A DNA stretch of 64,000 nucleotides, from the IMG/VR virus record IMGVR_UViG_3300012983_000002; one strand, given 5' to 3'. Made by a program: the position numbers and the translations under genes. Within the stretch, counting starts at the first letter, position 1. Each line of letters starts with the position of its first letter. The DNA is from a virus. Its lineage: Duplodnaviria > Heunggongvirae > Uroviricota > Caudoviricetes. The notes under the pieces were generated by a model. The model ran no database searches. It saw only the letters and a program-made list of their open reading frames with translations, and was not told the origin of the DNA. Of this stretch, positions 55,902 through 64,000 are shown in pieces.

Positions 55902-58280
55902 TTAATCAAGTGAAGAGATATAACGTGGATGACGTAACGTACCATTAGTATTTCGAGGTTCTTCGATCGAATGTTTTTCAGTAGCTGCATTGGCAATTAC
56001 TTTATGAACATTACTGTTTCCCTTCTGGTCAGCCTCTGTTACCACTCTGTTCATAAGCGCAGTTCCACTGATAGGAACTCTTGGCTTTAGATATATGTCA
56101 TGAGGATTAATCGCCTTGTAAGGATTAATAAGACCTCCTGTAAAGCTGCTTATGAGACCTCCAATAGTCTTACCTAGCGAAGAATATGCAGGATTATAAT
56201 AAGCCTCATTATTCAGATTATGAGCGTCGTAATATCTGTTCGCTGTCTGCGCTGTAAACACATTAGCACTCTTTACCATACGAGGAGCTTCGCCAGGAAT
56301 AGGGATCATTGCGGACGAAATTTTAATCATGTCTGGATTGAGTTCTGCTGTATAAGGATTGTAAGCCTCGTAATTGTGTGCGTCATAAGCCGTGTAACCT
56401 GCGTCTGCAGCCTGAAGACCAGTCAGTATAGGATGAGCTTTCACGTAATTAACCGCTCCTTGACCTAATCCTCTAGTAACATTTACTGCTCCGCGTCCCA
56501 TACTTCCTATAGCTTGCTTGGCTCCAGCTCTCAGCCCTTGCTTAGCGGCAGTCTGGAGGGCGCCTTTAGCTCCGGCCTTAAGTGCAGCCCATCCCGCAGC
56601 GCTAGCTCCTCCTGAGAACGGAATTGCCGCAAGTGACGCAAGGTCAAGTCCAACCATAGCGCCGTTAAATGCTACGTTACCTATATCTCCTGCGAGAGAA
56701 TCGCTATAGTTGTGATTTTGCACAGCATGATTATATGCGGCACGCATGGAGGGATCGTCAAACGTTGTATTCCAGAAACGATTAGCTCCGAAGTAATCTG
56801 CATTGCGCATATTAGCTCGCATATCGTTAACAGAATTTACCATACCAGCATAAGTACCTCCAAGTGTAACGTCCCACAACTTCTGATACCACTTACCGCC
56901 ACCGTTCTCTGCATGCTTCTTCTGAGCGGCAGCATCAGCGTAAGCATTAGCATCACGGTCAAACTGAGATTCTGTAGTGTATCGATCCTTGTGAGAAGAC
57001 CAATCATTAACTGTTGTGCGCTGATCGGTATAACTCTTATATAAAGCCTGGTCTACCTTATTACCGGTACGCTCACTGTTCTGGTAATTAGATTGAGCCA
57101 TGAGCTTTGATTGCTCCAGCATCTTTGTATAGTAATCAATAGATGCCTGGTCATTGTTCTCTTTAGCGCGAGCCAATTGATTACTAAAATAAGCAGCGCC
57201 TCTCATGGCATCATAGGATCCACCACCCTTGTATACGCCATGATTAGCACGATCCCACGCTGCCGCTTCAGACGCGTCAGAGCGAGCCTTGGCACGCACC
57301 TGCTCATTCATGCTACGAATCCACTCTTCGCGACTTGGTGGAGCAGAAGAAGATGCTCCTGAAGTTGCAGTGTTCGTACTTCCTCCTGCTGCCCCAGTAG
57401 CCCCATTGGAGGCGGAAGTTGTACTAGGTACAGATGTTTTCGGCGGAGTCGTTTGTGTGGGTCCTGTTGTTGTTGTATTCTGGGCCGGAGCTCCTGTAGG
57501 ATTTACATCAGCCCACTTAATCATAGCAAGTTTAGTAAGATCCGGAGGAGTTCCTGGTTTAGGAATGGCGAGTTGCTTGGAATGTACTTTTTTAAATCTG
57601 CCTAACGAAGCTATAGCTCCATCTAATTGACTCTGAAGTGCTGGAGATATAGAAGGGTGCTCTTTGTTTATACGTGCAGTAGCATCGGCGTAATACTTAT
57701 CAGATGCTTTACGTGCTTTATCATTAGTAGCAATAAGTGTCTGAGCTTGCTGTCTGGCAATATCAGCCATCGACTTGGCCTGAGCTTTTGCGATATCTGC
57801 TTCTTGCTTGTATGTAGCCTTATCGAGTGTAGCCTGATGCCTCATTTCTTCCGCCTTGAACATATTATCCTGGCGGGCCTTTTCCTGAACAAGTTGCAGA
57901 CGCTCCTTCTCTAACTTCTCTTTTTCCGAGCGCAACTTAGCTTCTTCCTGACGTGTACGAAGGTCTAGTTCGTAGCGATTAGTCATTTTCTCTCGCTCGA
58001 CCTTCTCCAGTTCTAACTCGTGCTTGAGGCCTCTGATCTCATTTTCCTTGGACTCTAGCTCCTGACGTCTCTGCTGTTCTAGCTTTTCTTGCTCGCGTTG
58101 CTGCTGTTCAGCACTTAATGCGCCTTCTGCCGGACTCTCTTCTTTAATCTCCTTTGGAAGAGGAATGCCTCCTGCCGGCTTAGCGGCCTGAGCGGCGGCG
58201 GCCATTGCTTGGGACGCCTTGTCAGGAACCTGACCCGCAGATTTAACTAAAAACTTTAACTGATCTATATCGATAGGCAT
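55902..58280 (-). CDS. Putative internal head (ejected) protein: coiled coil plus Gly/Ala hydrophobic segment
   Basis: LVKSAG near the N-terminus, a long charged coiled coil, GLDLASLAAIPFSGGASAAGWAAL; ATG 58280 chosen from promoter spacing. Confidence 0.6.
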   Translation of the reverse strand: MPIDIDQLKFLVKSAGQVPDKASQAMAAAAQAAKPAGGIPLPKEIKEESPAEGALSAEQQQREQEKLEQQRRQELESKENEIRGLKHELELEKVEREKMTNRYELDLRTRQEEAKLRSEKEKLEKERLQLVQEKARQDNMFKAEEMRHQATLDKATYKQEADIAKAQAKSMADIARQQAQTLIATNDKARKASDKYYADATARINKEHPSISPALQSQLDGAIASLGRFKKVHSKQLAIPKPGTPPDLTKLAMIKWADVNPTGAPAQNTTTTGPTQTTPPKTSVPSTTSASNGATGAAGGSTNTATSGASSSAPPSREEWIRSMNEQVRAKARSDASEAAAWDRANHGVYKGGGSYDAMRGAAYFSNQLARAKENNDQASIDYYTKMLEQSKLMAQSNYQNSERTGNKVDQALYKSYTDQRTTVNDWSSHKDRYTTESQFDRDANAYADAAAQKKHAENGGGKWYQKLWDVTLGGTYAGMVNSVNDMRANMRNADYFGANRFWNTTFDDPSMRAAYNHAVQNHNYSDSLAGDIGNVAFNGAMVGLDLASLAAIPFSGGASAAGWAALKAGAKGALQTAAKQGLRAGAKQAIGSMGRGAVNVTRGLGQGAVNYVKAHPILTGLQAADAGYTAYDAHNYEAYNPYTAELNPDMIKISSAMIPIPGEAPRMVKSANVFTAQTANRYYDAHNLNNEAYYNPAYSSLGKTIGGLISSFTGGLINPYKAINPHDIYLKPRVPISGTALMNRVVTEADQKGNSNVHKVIANAATEKHSIEEPRNTNGTLRHPRYISSLD

Positions 58281-58344
58281 ATCTTTATTGTAGTACGTCT
58301 TCAAAACACAAGCAATGCGCCAGGACGTTTAACCTGGCGCATTG
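58281..58344 (-). promoter_or_regulatory. 12-bp hairpin (terminator-like) abutting a promoter for a leaderless mRNA
   Basis: CAATGCGCCAGG-8nt-CCTGGCGCATTG (58313-58344); TTGCTT-17nt-TACAAT-6nt-ATG. Confidence 0.6.
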
Positions 58345-58365
58345 TATAGCACACGGATGGGGATT

Positions 58366-58923
58366 TTAGCGTTCGGTAGGAGCACCTTCTCCTGCAACTG
58401 GACCTGGGGCTGAAGCTGGGGTACCGCCTCCCTCAAAAGGAGCAGGTCCCTTGAGAGAAGTTCTGAGATTGTTAATCTCCTCTTCCATAGCCAGCATGCG
58501 CTGAGATAACTGATCTGTCTGAGACTGCTGCTCCTCTACTGTCTGAGCTACAGAATCCATACCTCCGGCAAGCTGAGATAAAGCTCCCTCAAGCTCGGGA
58601 GGAATACCACCAGCGGGAGGAGGAGGTGCCATACCAGGATCACCTGGAGGAGGCATCATGTTTGGATCTTGTGGTGGCATTGCATTAGGATCTCCGGGCG
58701 GGGGCATCATATTTGGGTCCTGCGGAGGCATTGCGTTAGGATCTCCTGGAGGAGGTCCTTGTGGAGGCATAGCATTAGGATCGCCTGGGGGAGGTCCCTG
58801 CGGTGGCATTGCTGTAGCGGGAGGTGCGGGCGGAGCTGCTGGTGTGAAAGCAAATTTCGTCAGCGCTGCGCGGCCCTCATCGAAGGCAGCTACGATAGCT
58901 TTAATATTCTCAATATCTGTCAT
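58366..58923 (-). CDS. Proline-rich tandem-repeat protein with a C-terminal coiled coil
   Basis: AMPPQGPPPGDPN twice and AMPPQDPNMMPPPGDP twice; LTKFA near the N-terminus. Confidence 0.75.
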   Translation of the reverse strand: MTDIENIKAIVAAFDEGRAALTKFAFTPAAPPAPPATAMPPQGPPPGDPNAMPPQGPPPGDPNAMPPQDPNMMPPPGDPNAMPPQDPNMMPPPGDPGMAPPPPAGGIPPELEGALSQLAGGMDSVAQTVEEQQSQTDQLSQRMLAMEEEINNLRTSLKGPAPFEGGGTPASAPGPVAGEGAPTER

Positions 58924-58946
58924 GACTCTTTAATTATAGAACGAAT

Positions 58947-60869
58947 TTATCTCTTTGTCTTTTTCGACTGTGCTTCTTTTAATGTCATCTCTCCAGCAAT
59001 CACTTTTCTCATATCAGCGTTAGTGATGCCGAGTAACTGCTGTATCTGTTTTTCAAATGCAGGATTAGGCATTATCGTGGGAAGCGTAATCTTGCCCCAC
59101 TTATTACCTGCTACAATAGAACTGTCAAACAGACCTCCCGGCTCAGGTTCAAGTGTGCCTATATTTACTGACTTGGCATTCTTCAATTCAACAGGATTAA
59201 GCTTGGCAAGATCCTTATCGGTGAAAGGAGACAGTCGAAGTGTTCCCTTGCCTAAATCTCTGGCCATATAACCAGCCCCATTCAGTAGTGCCTTAAACTT
59301 ATCCCACACGAAAGGTTTGCCTGGTTCTGCCGGGGTATAGCCTTGACGTACTAGTCTCCAGTAGTCATCGTTCTTCTGACCACGCAGAGTAGCCCCTTCT
59401 CTTAATGTGGAATAAGCTCCATGCGCCATGAGAGCTGTTGTTTCAAGTCCTCCTAGACGTTTAGCCTGAGCACCTTCTCCACCACCTTTGACGGGCTGTT
59501 CGTCTGCCGAGTAACTGCCCTGACCACGAGCAGATACCTTAGAGTCTACCACGTGGTGAAGTTTGTAGAAGTAACCAATACCAGTAGTAACAGGCTTCTC
59601 CAGCTTTCTATTGGTCATCGGATCAAAGATTTCCTCTGTATCAGTAACACCACGTTTAGCCAATTCCTTCTTTACCTCTTCCAGACGAGATGTACCAGCC
59701 TTATTGAATGCAGGAACCTTAACAGGCTTTCCATCCAGGCTAGCAAGCTTGCCTAAGAGAAGTTCGTACGGAGTAGCAGTATTTACACGCGAAGGAAGAG
59801 CAAGAGGATTAAGAAGAACCTCAAATGGAGTACCATCAAGACTGCGTGGCATCTGCTCGTCAGGAAGGATAAGAGATACAATATCCTTCTGACCATTACG
59901 CATAATCTGCTTATCACCTACTTTGAGAGGCACATCAGCATTTACGAATACACGAGCATTCTTCTTACCATAGATGCTATCAGTAACAATACCGGGATAG
60001 TCGTGATCCCATACCTCTGTAGCATCTGTACGCATCTGACGGAATGTCTTTCCGAGCTTACCTAGGTGAGAATTACTGGAGATAGTCTTGGGCTTAGTAG
60101 CGAGAATAATAGGATCACCCTTCTGAAGTACTGTACCAGGTTTAACAATGCCATCATCATCCAGATTCTCTAGCTGCTCCTTGGTAAACTGTCTAGGGAA
60201 TAATGATGTGTAATGAGTCTTACCGAACTTTAGATCACCTTCCTTAGATAACTCGTGTGCATAATTGTGTTCACTTGTAAGACGCTTAGCAAATGATTCA
60301 GATACTACAATAGCATCGTCCATTGAGTAACCCTTGTACGGAACCAGAGCTACTCTGGCATTAACACCCATAGAAACCGTACCGTTATCGTCAGTAAAGT
60401 TAGAACTTGCCAGAAGTTGATTCTTCTTAACCTTATCTCCGACCTTTACTACTGGCTTATTAGAGAGCTGAGTCTTACGATTAAACTGGAAGTTATTATA
60501 GAGATCTACATACTTCTTCTCGCCGTTAGGCAGCTTAATCTCAATCTCCTCTGGTGTTACATTCGTCACTTCACCCTCATCGTCCTTGAAATAACGAGCT
60601 CCCATACGCTCACCGAACTTATCCTCGAAAGATTTACCATCCGGATCTTCAGGATCGAGAGACTGAACAAGAGGAGTCTCTCTGTTCTTAATAGGCATAG
60701 CCTGGTTTACGAATCGTGCCGAATAGAACAAACGAGGAGACTGAGCATTATTGAACATAGGAACAATATTTGCGTGTGTTCCTACAAATCTTGTTGGAGA
60801 CATAATCTCCACATCTACATCCTTATCAGGGGCAGTATCTATTCTACTATTTCTAATTACACTTGGCAT
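58947..60869 (-). CDS. rpoB: Phage multi-subunit RNA polymerase, beta C-terminal half fused to the beta' N-terminal segment
   Basis: GYSMDDAIVVSE, VGDKQIMRNGQKDIVS, LLNPLALPSRVN, YFYKLHHVVDSKVSAR, KRLGGLETTAL; then LEPEPGGLFD...WGKITL, matching the beta' start. Confidence 0.93.
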   Translation of the reverse strand: MPSVIRNSRIDTAPDKDVDVEIMSPTRFVGTHANIVPMFNNAQSPRLFYSARFVNQAMPIKNRETPLVQSLDPEDPDGKSFEDKFGERMGARYFKDDEGEVTNVTPEEIEIKLPNGEKKYVDLYNNFQFNRKTQLSNKPVVKVGDKVKKNQLLASSNFTDDNGTVSMGVNARVALVPYKGYSMDDAIVVSESFAKRLTSEHNYAHELSKEGDLKFGKTHYTSLFPRQFTKEQLENLDDDGIVKPGTVLQKGDPIILATKPKTISSNSHLGKLGKTFRQMRTDATEVWDHDYPGIVTDSIYGKKNARVFVNADVPLKVGDKQIMRNGQKDIVSLILPDEQMPRSLDGTPFEVLLNPLALPSRVNTATPYELLLGKLASLDGKPVKVPAFNKAGTSRLEEVKKELAKRGVTDTEEIFDPMTNRKLEKPVTTGIGYFYKLHHVVDSKVSARGQGSYSADEQPVKGGGEGAQAKRLGGLETTALMAHGAYSTLREGATLRGQKNDDYWRLVRQGYTPAEPGKPFVWDKFKALLNGAGYMARDLGKGTLRLSPFTDKDLAKLNPVELKNAKSVNIGTLEPEPGGLFDSSIVAGNKWGKITLPTIMPNPAFEKQIQQLLGITNADMRKVIAGEMTLKEAQSKKTKR

Positions 60870-60897
60870 AATACAATACTAGTATAAATCCAGATAA

Positions 60898-62964
60898 TTA
60901 CGACAGATATGTGATATCAGGAGTACGTCTATCGGAACTAGAAGATATCAATGTTGCCCACTTTGCCGCCATAATATCGGCGTCTCTGCGAGGAAGTGTG
61001 ACCATATAACCTCCCAATACACATCCTCCTTCACTGGAGCTATACAAAACTATAGAAGATATTATAGGACAGTCACCTTCCGGTAACGGTACGGCCAGCG
61101 AGTCCATGGTGATGTTTGTAATTCCTACGGAATACTTATACACATATGTATATGAATTTCCCTGATCGTCTGTAGCCTTGCACGACGAGGACTCTACAGC
61201 CCTGAGCATCATTGTGACAGGTTGTTCCGGATTAGTTTCAGCTTTAACTATACGTACCTCATAATCCGCCTGCCATACGGTGGATCCAGAGTACGCGTAC
61301 CCGCCTGTATTATTGATCACACCTCCGAATATAGGAGTAGCAGCTGTAGCCACAAGCTTGATTACCTTCATACAGCAAGAACTATTTCCGACAACATAAT
61401 TTGTACTGTCTATTTCATTCTCACTGTAGAAAATAACTCGCAACTCCTGTTCGGCGGATACGTAGAACGGATCAAACACATAATGCAAAGTATCACCTAC
61501 ATGGTGTACTTGATAATTTTTACTCAGAGCTAGCAGGCTCTTGTTACCGCTAGAATCTACACCCCACACCTTTACCCATGAAGGGGTTCCTGTGTTGGGG
61601 GCAGGGTTACCGTTCTCTCGACACTTGACTGAGATAGAACTAAGCATCCCAGCATGCTTGGTTTTAAAACCGAATCCGTGTCCAACATATGACGAAGTCT
61701 CCGTACCGTTAGGAGTATCTACACTTACAAGCGCAGAATTTAATGCCTCAACAGAATCTATTACAGATCCAAGTCTATCCACGCTATCTCTATCGATTGG
61801 CGTAAGGTGTAGTGAATAGTCATTAGCGTGCGCCTTAGTATAAAAGTTTACCAGAACAACCCTATCGTTATGCCAAGTACCATCATATCTCACTCCGCAG
61901 TTTGAAACAACAGTAGAATTATGATACGCCCTAAGTTTGTGATAGTCAGGTCTATCAACATATGAGAATCGTATGTCGTCTAACTCAATGCATAGATAGA
62001 GCTCTAAATAATTATTATCTGGTATAACAATTGCTTCAGGGAAATCCCACTTGACATCATCGCCTGTGGTCCAGGTTCTTCTCTGCGCAGATATGTGCTT
62101 TGATACCACTACACCCTGAGCATTTCTCACGAATGCTACAAGATACAACGGAGTAGTCATATCGTTAAGAGCTTTAACAGAGACACTGCCTAACTCTACA
62201 TTGTGCGGAACTACAGTAGCCCCAAGTCGTATGGCAGAAAAATCTCCCTCAGCATCTACACCTGTTGTGGATGTGTATTTTTCTCCATCTAGCGCGTTAA
62301 GGGCCGGAGCTACCAGTTCAGTTTTCTCCTCTGCTGTAAGATCCTCATAAGTAAACGCCTCTCCAGCAGGACCTTGTATACCCTGAGGTCCTGTGTCTCC
62401 TTGAGGTCCTTTCAAAGATTCAAGCCACTCCTCTTCCGTACCTCTAAATCCATTCTCTACTGCAATAGTATAAGCGGAGAGACCTACAGCTATGTTATCT
62501 GGATTAACAGACTTTACATAATTCGTGACATACTCAGGAGATGCTGCATAATTTGTAGGATAAGACTTTGTAGAGTCTACAGCTAACGGCACTATGCCAG
62601 GAGTATTCTCTTCAGCGAGAGGAAGCCTTTCACGAAGCACATCCTTTTGTTCTGCAGTAACAGTAACATTACCCTGGTCAATTCTAAGATATTCAGCTCC
62701 CCAATCTAGATCTCTTACAGTCTTACCCCACTCACCATTAACGTAAGTATATACGGCATCTTCAGTAACACTAATATCCCCTTCTGTTCCATTAGAAGTA
62801 GGCGAGGTTGGAACTGAAGGTATTGTCTGAGAATTCTTAAACTGATCAAACGGAACCCTTACAGTCTCGGTATTGTTATGAACTACTAGAACCTGATCAG
62901 TATTGCCTGATAAGGTTCCTGTATAAGTCTTAAGATCTGTTACTAATTTTACAGGATCACTCAT
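60898..62964 (-). CDS. Fibre protein with a short collagen-like segment
   Basis: GLSAYTIAVENGFRGTEEEWLESLKGPQGDTGPQGIQGPAG; N-terminus similar to the 53177-55885 fibre. Confidence 0.75.
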   Translation of the reverse strand: MSDPVKLVTDLKTYTGTLSGNTDQVLVVHNNTETVRVPFDQFKNSQTIPSVPTSPTSNGTEGDISVTEDAVYTYVNGEWGKTVRDLDWGAEYLRIDQGNVTVTAEQKDVLRERLPLAEENTPGIVPLAVDSTKSYPTNYAASPEYVTNYVKSVNPDNIAVGLSAYTIAVENGFRGTEEEWLESLKGPQGDTGPQGIQGPAGEAFTYEDLTAEEKTELVAPALNALDGEKYTSTTGVDAEGDFSAIRLGATVVPHNVELGSVSVKALNDMTTPLYLVAFVRNAQGVVVSKHISAQRRTWTTGDDVKWDFPEAIVIPDNNYLELYLCIELDDIRFSYVDRPDYHKLRAYHNSTVVSNCGVRYDGTWHNDRVVLVNFYTKAHANDYSLHLTPIDRDSVDRLGSVIDSVEALNSALVSVDTPNGTETSSYVGHGFGFKTKHAGMLSSISVKCRENGNPAPNTGTPSWVKVWGVDSSGNKSLLALSKNYQVHHVGDTLHYVFDPFYVSAEQELRVIFYSENEIDSTNYVVGNSSCCMKVIKLVATAATPIFGGVINNTGGYAYSGSTVWQADYEVRIVKAETNPEQPVTMMLRAVESSSCKATDDQGNSYTYVYKYSVGITNITMDSLAVPLPEGDCPIISSIVLYSSSEGGCVLGGYMVTLPRRDADIMAAKWATLISSSSDRRTPDITYLS

Positions 62965-63490
62965 TGTCTACTAATTTCTTAACTGCTTCCAATGCCTTCT
63001 TTCCTGGAAGGTTGATACGTATTACGCGTACCCATTTATTCTTTTTGATGGCTGCCTTTACGCGGTGATGCCCGTCAATAATCCAATTATCTTTCGAGAT
63101 AAGTACAGGACGTTTTCCTTCCTTATCCCAGTTCTCTACGATATGGTTAAGTATACTTTCCTTTATACCGTCCTGAATAGGCTTCAGCTTCTTAGGATCT
63201 ACGAATTCCAGATAACCTGTGGGAATATCCTCTGATTCTCTTACTTTCTTTACATCGTCCACCTGAGGCATGTCTTCACGAGACTCAGTACCAAGCTTGG
63301 CCATCTTAGAGAGAGCTTCCTCTGTCATTTGTTTCGTCCGCTCTCTGATCATGGCCTCCTGAGCATTTTTATCCTCCTTCATAGCGTTAACCTGACGTAA
63401 CGCTTCCTCGAAAGGAATACCCTGCTCCAGCGAGATCTTAGTCGCTGCAGATGTACTATCAACAAAAGAACCTATAGGAAGAAACTGCAT
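62957..63490 (-). CDS. ParB/Srx-like domain protein
   Basis: VDPKKLKPIQ ... RPVLISKDNWIIDGHHRVKAA. Confidence 0.8.
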   Translation of the reverse strand: MQFLPIGSFVDSTSAATKISLEQGIPFEEALRQVNAMKEDKNAQEAMIRERTKQMTEEALSKMAKLGTESREDMPQVDDVKKVRESEDIPTGYLEFVDPKKLKPIQDGIKESILNHIVENWDKEGKRPVLISKDNWIIDGHHRVKAAIKKNKWVRVIRINLPGKKALEAVKKLVDNE

Positions 63491-63494
63491 AAAT

Positions 63495-63713
63495 TCAGTT
63501 GATTACGTGATCGATCACTACAGATGGTTTAAGGCCGTAAGATTTAACGTAACGGTAAAACTCTTTATCCTCAGTAGACACCACGCGAACAGCGCCGTTG
63601 TCGTTCTGGAATACTACAGCAGCTACACCGCCCTCATCGTCGCATATCTCAACGAAGCGGGCGGCTTCTGCCATCTTATAAGCTTTACCTTCTACTGTTC
63701 TTACGCGAATCAT
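63495..63713 (-). CDS. Small hypothetical protein
   Basis: 72-aa ORF coupled to the upstream gene (TGATG overlap). Confidence 0.65.
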   Translation of the reverse strand: MIRVRTVEGKAYKMAEAARFVEICDDEGGVAAVVFQNDNGAVRVVSTEDKEFYRYVKSYGLKPSVVIDHVIN

Positions 63714-64000
63714 CAGAACTCAGAGTGAACATTAACTCCTAAAGAACCAGCAAGAGCCTGGGATGGGGCATTATGCTTCATAACATAAGCTCTCACCTCA
63801 TCTACAGCTGCCGACTTAATACGGAGAATCTTCGCTACAGCTTCTTTAGCAAATCCCTTCTGCCTATATTCAGGAATAATTCCAATAGAGTAAGAACCTA
63901 TTCTCTTACCATTCTCGATCTCCTCCTGCCAGCCTACAAAACCTGCAGCAGCCTTGGTCATATTATCGCGGATAAGATAAAGACTCTCATGACCAGGGAT
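63713..64000 (-). CDS. GNAT-family acetyltransferase, 5'-truncated by the window edge
   Basis: Frame is open to 64000 (IPGHESLYLIRDNMTKAAAGFVGW); SIGIIPEYRQKGFAKEAV (acetyl-CoA motif A) and HNAPSQALA. Confidence 0.8.
   Translation of the reverse strand: MPGHESLYLIRDNMTKAAAGFVGWQEEIENGKRIGSYSIGIIPEYRQKGFAKEAVAKILRIKSAAVDEVRAYVMKHNAPSQALAGSLGVNVHSEF

Noticed and set aside
58620-58815. Tandem repeats as a CRISPR-like array
   Set aside because: The repeats are in-frame, vary at synonymous positions and have no unique spacers.
38487-60869. Host chromosomal rpoBC or decayed pseudogenes
   Set aside because: The fragments are intact ORFs retaining catalytic motifs, lie about 17 kb apart among virion genes, and have no ribosomal-protein neighbours.
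1-64000. Stop-codon reassignment as in some large gut phages
   Set aside because: Code 11 gives dense, long ORFs, and TGA and TAG occur at plausible gene ends with coupled downstream starts.
1-64000. tRNA or rRNA genes
   Set aside because: Intergenic gaps are short and none showed a cloverleaf or T-loop consensus by eye; tRNAscan-SE would be needed to be certain.

Overview
64 kb of a large contractile-tailed (myovirus-like, probably jumbo) phage genome, read in standard code 11 and almost entirely on the minus strand. Reading in gene order (right to left): a partial GNAT gene, a ParB-like gene, a fibre, a split multi-subunit RNA polymerase gene (beta C-terminal half fused to the first segment of beta'), more fibres and a 1921-aa adhesin-like protein, a few accessory genes, the beta' C-terminal gene carrying two inteins, a block of putative internal head proteins, prohead protease, scaffolds, major capsid, neck, sheath, tube, spike, chaperones, tape measure, hub, a sigma70-family factor inside the baseplate module, baseplate genes, and the 5' part of nrdD with an HNH intein. 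Most notable: (i) a K-x-A(-S/A) motif that is dense in head-module proteins and may be the maturation protease site; (ii) at least seven genes whose start codon lies exactly 29 nt after a TTGACA-like hexamer, implying leaderless mRNAs, two of them inside inverted repeats that would hide the start codon in read-through transcripts; (iii) a bacterial-like RNAP with unusual split points, no beta' N-terminal zinc-binding domain, and two closely related inteins in the bridge helix and trigger loop. All calls come from motif recognition and gene order by eye; no database searches were run.
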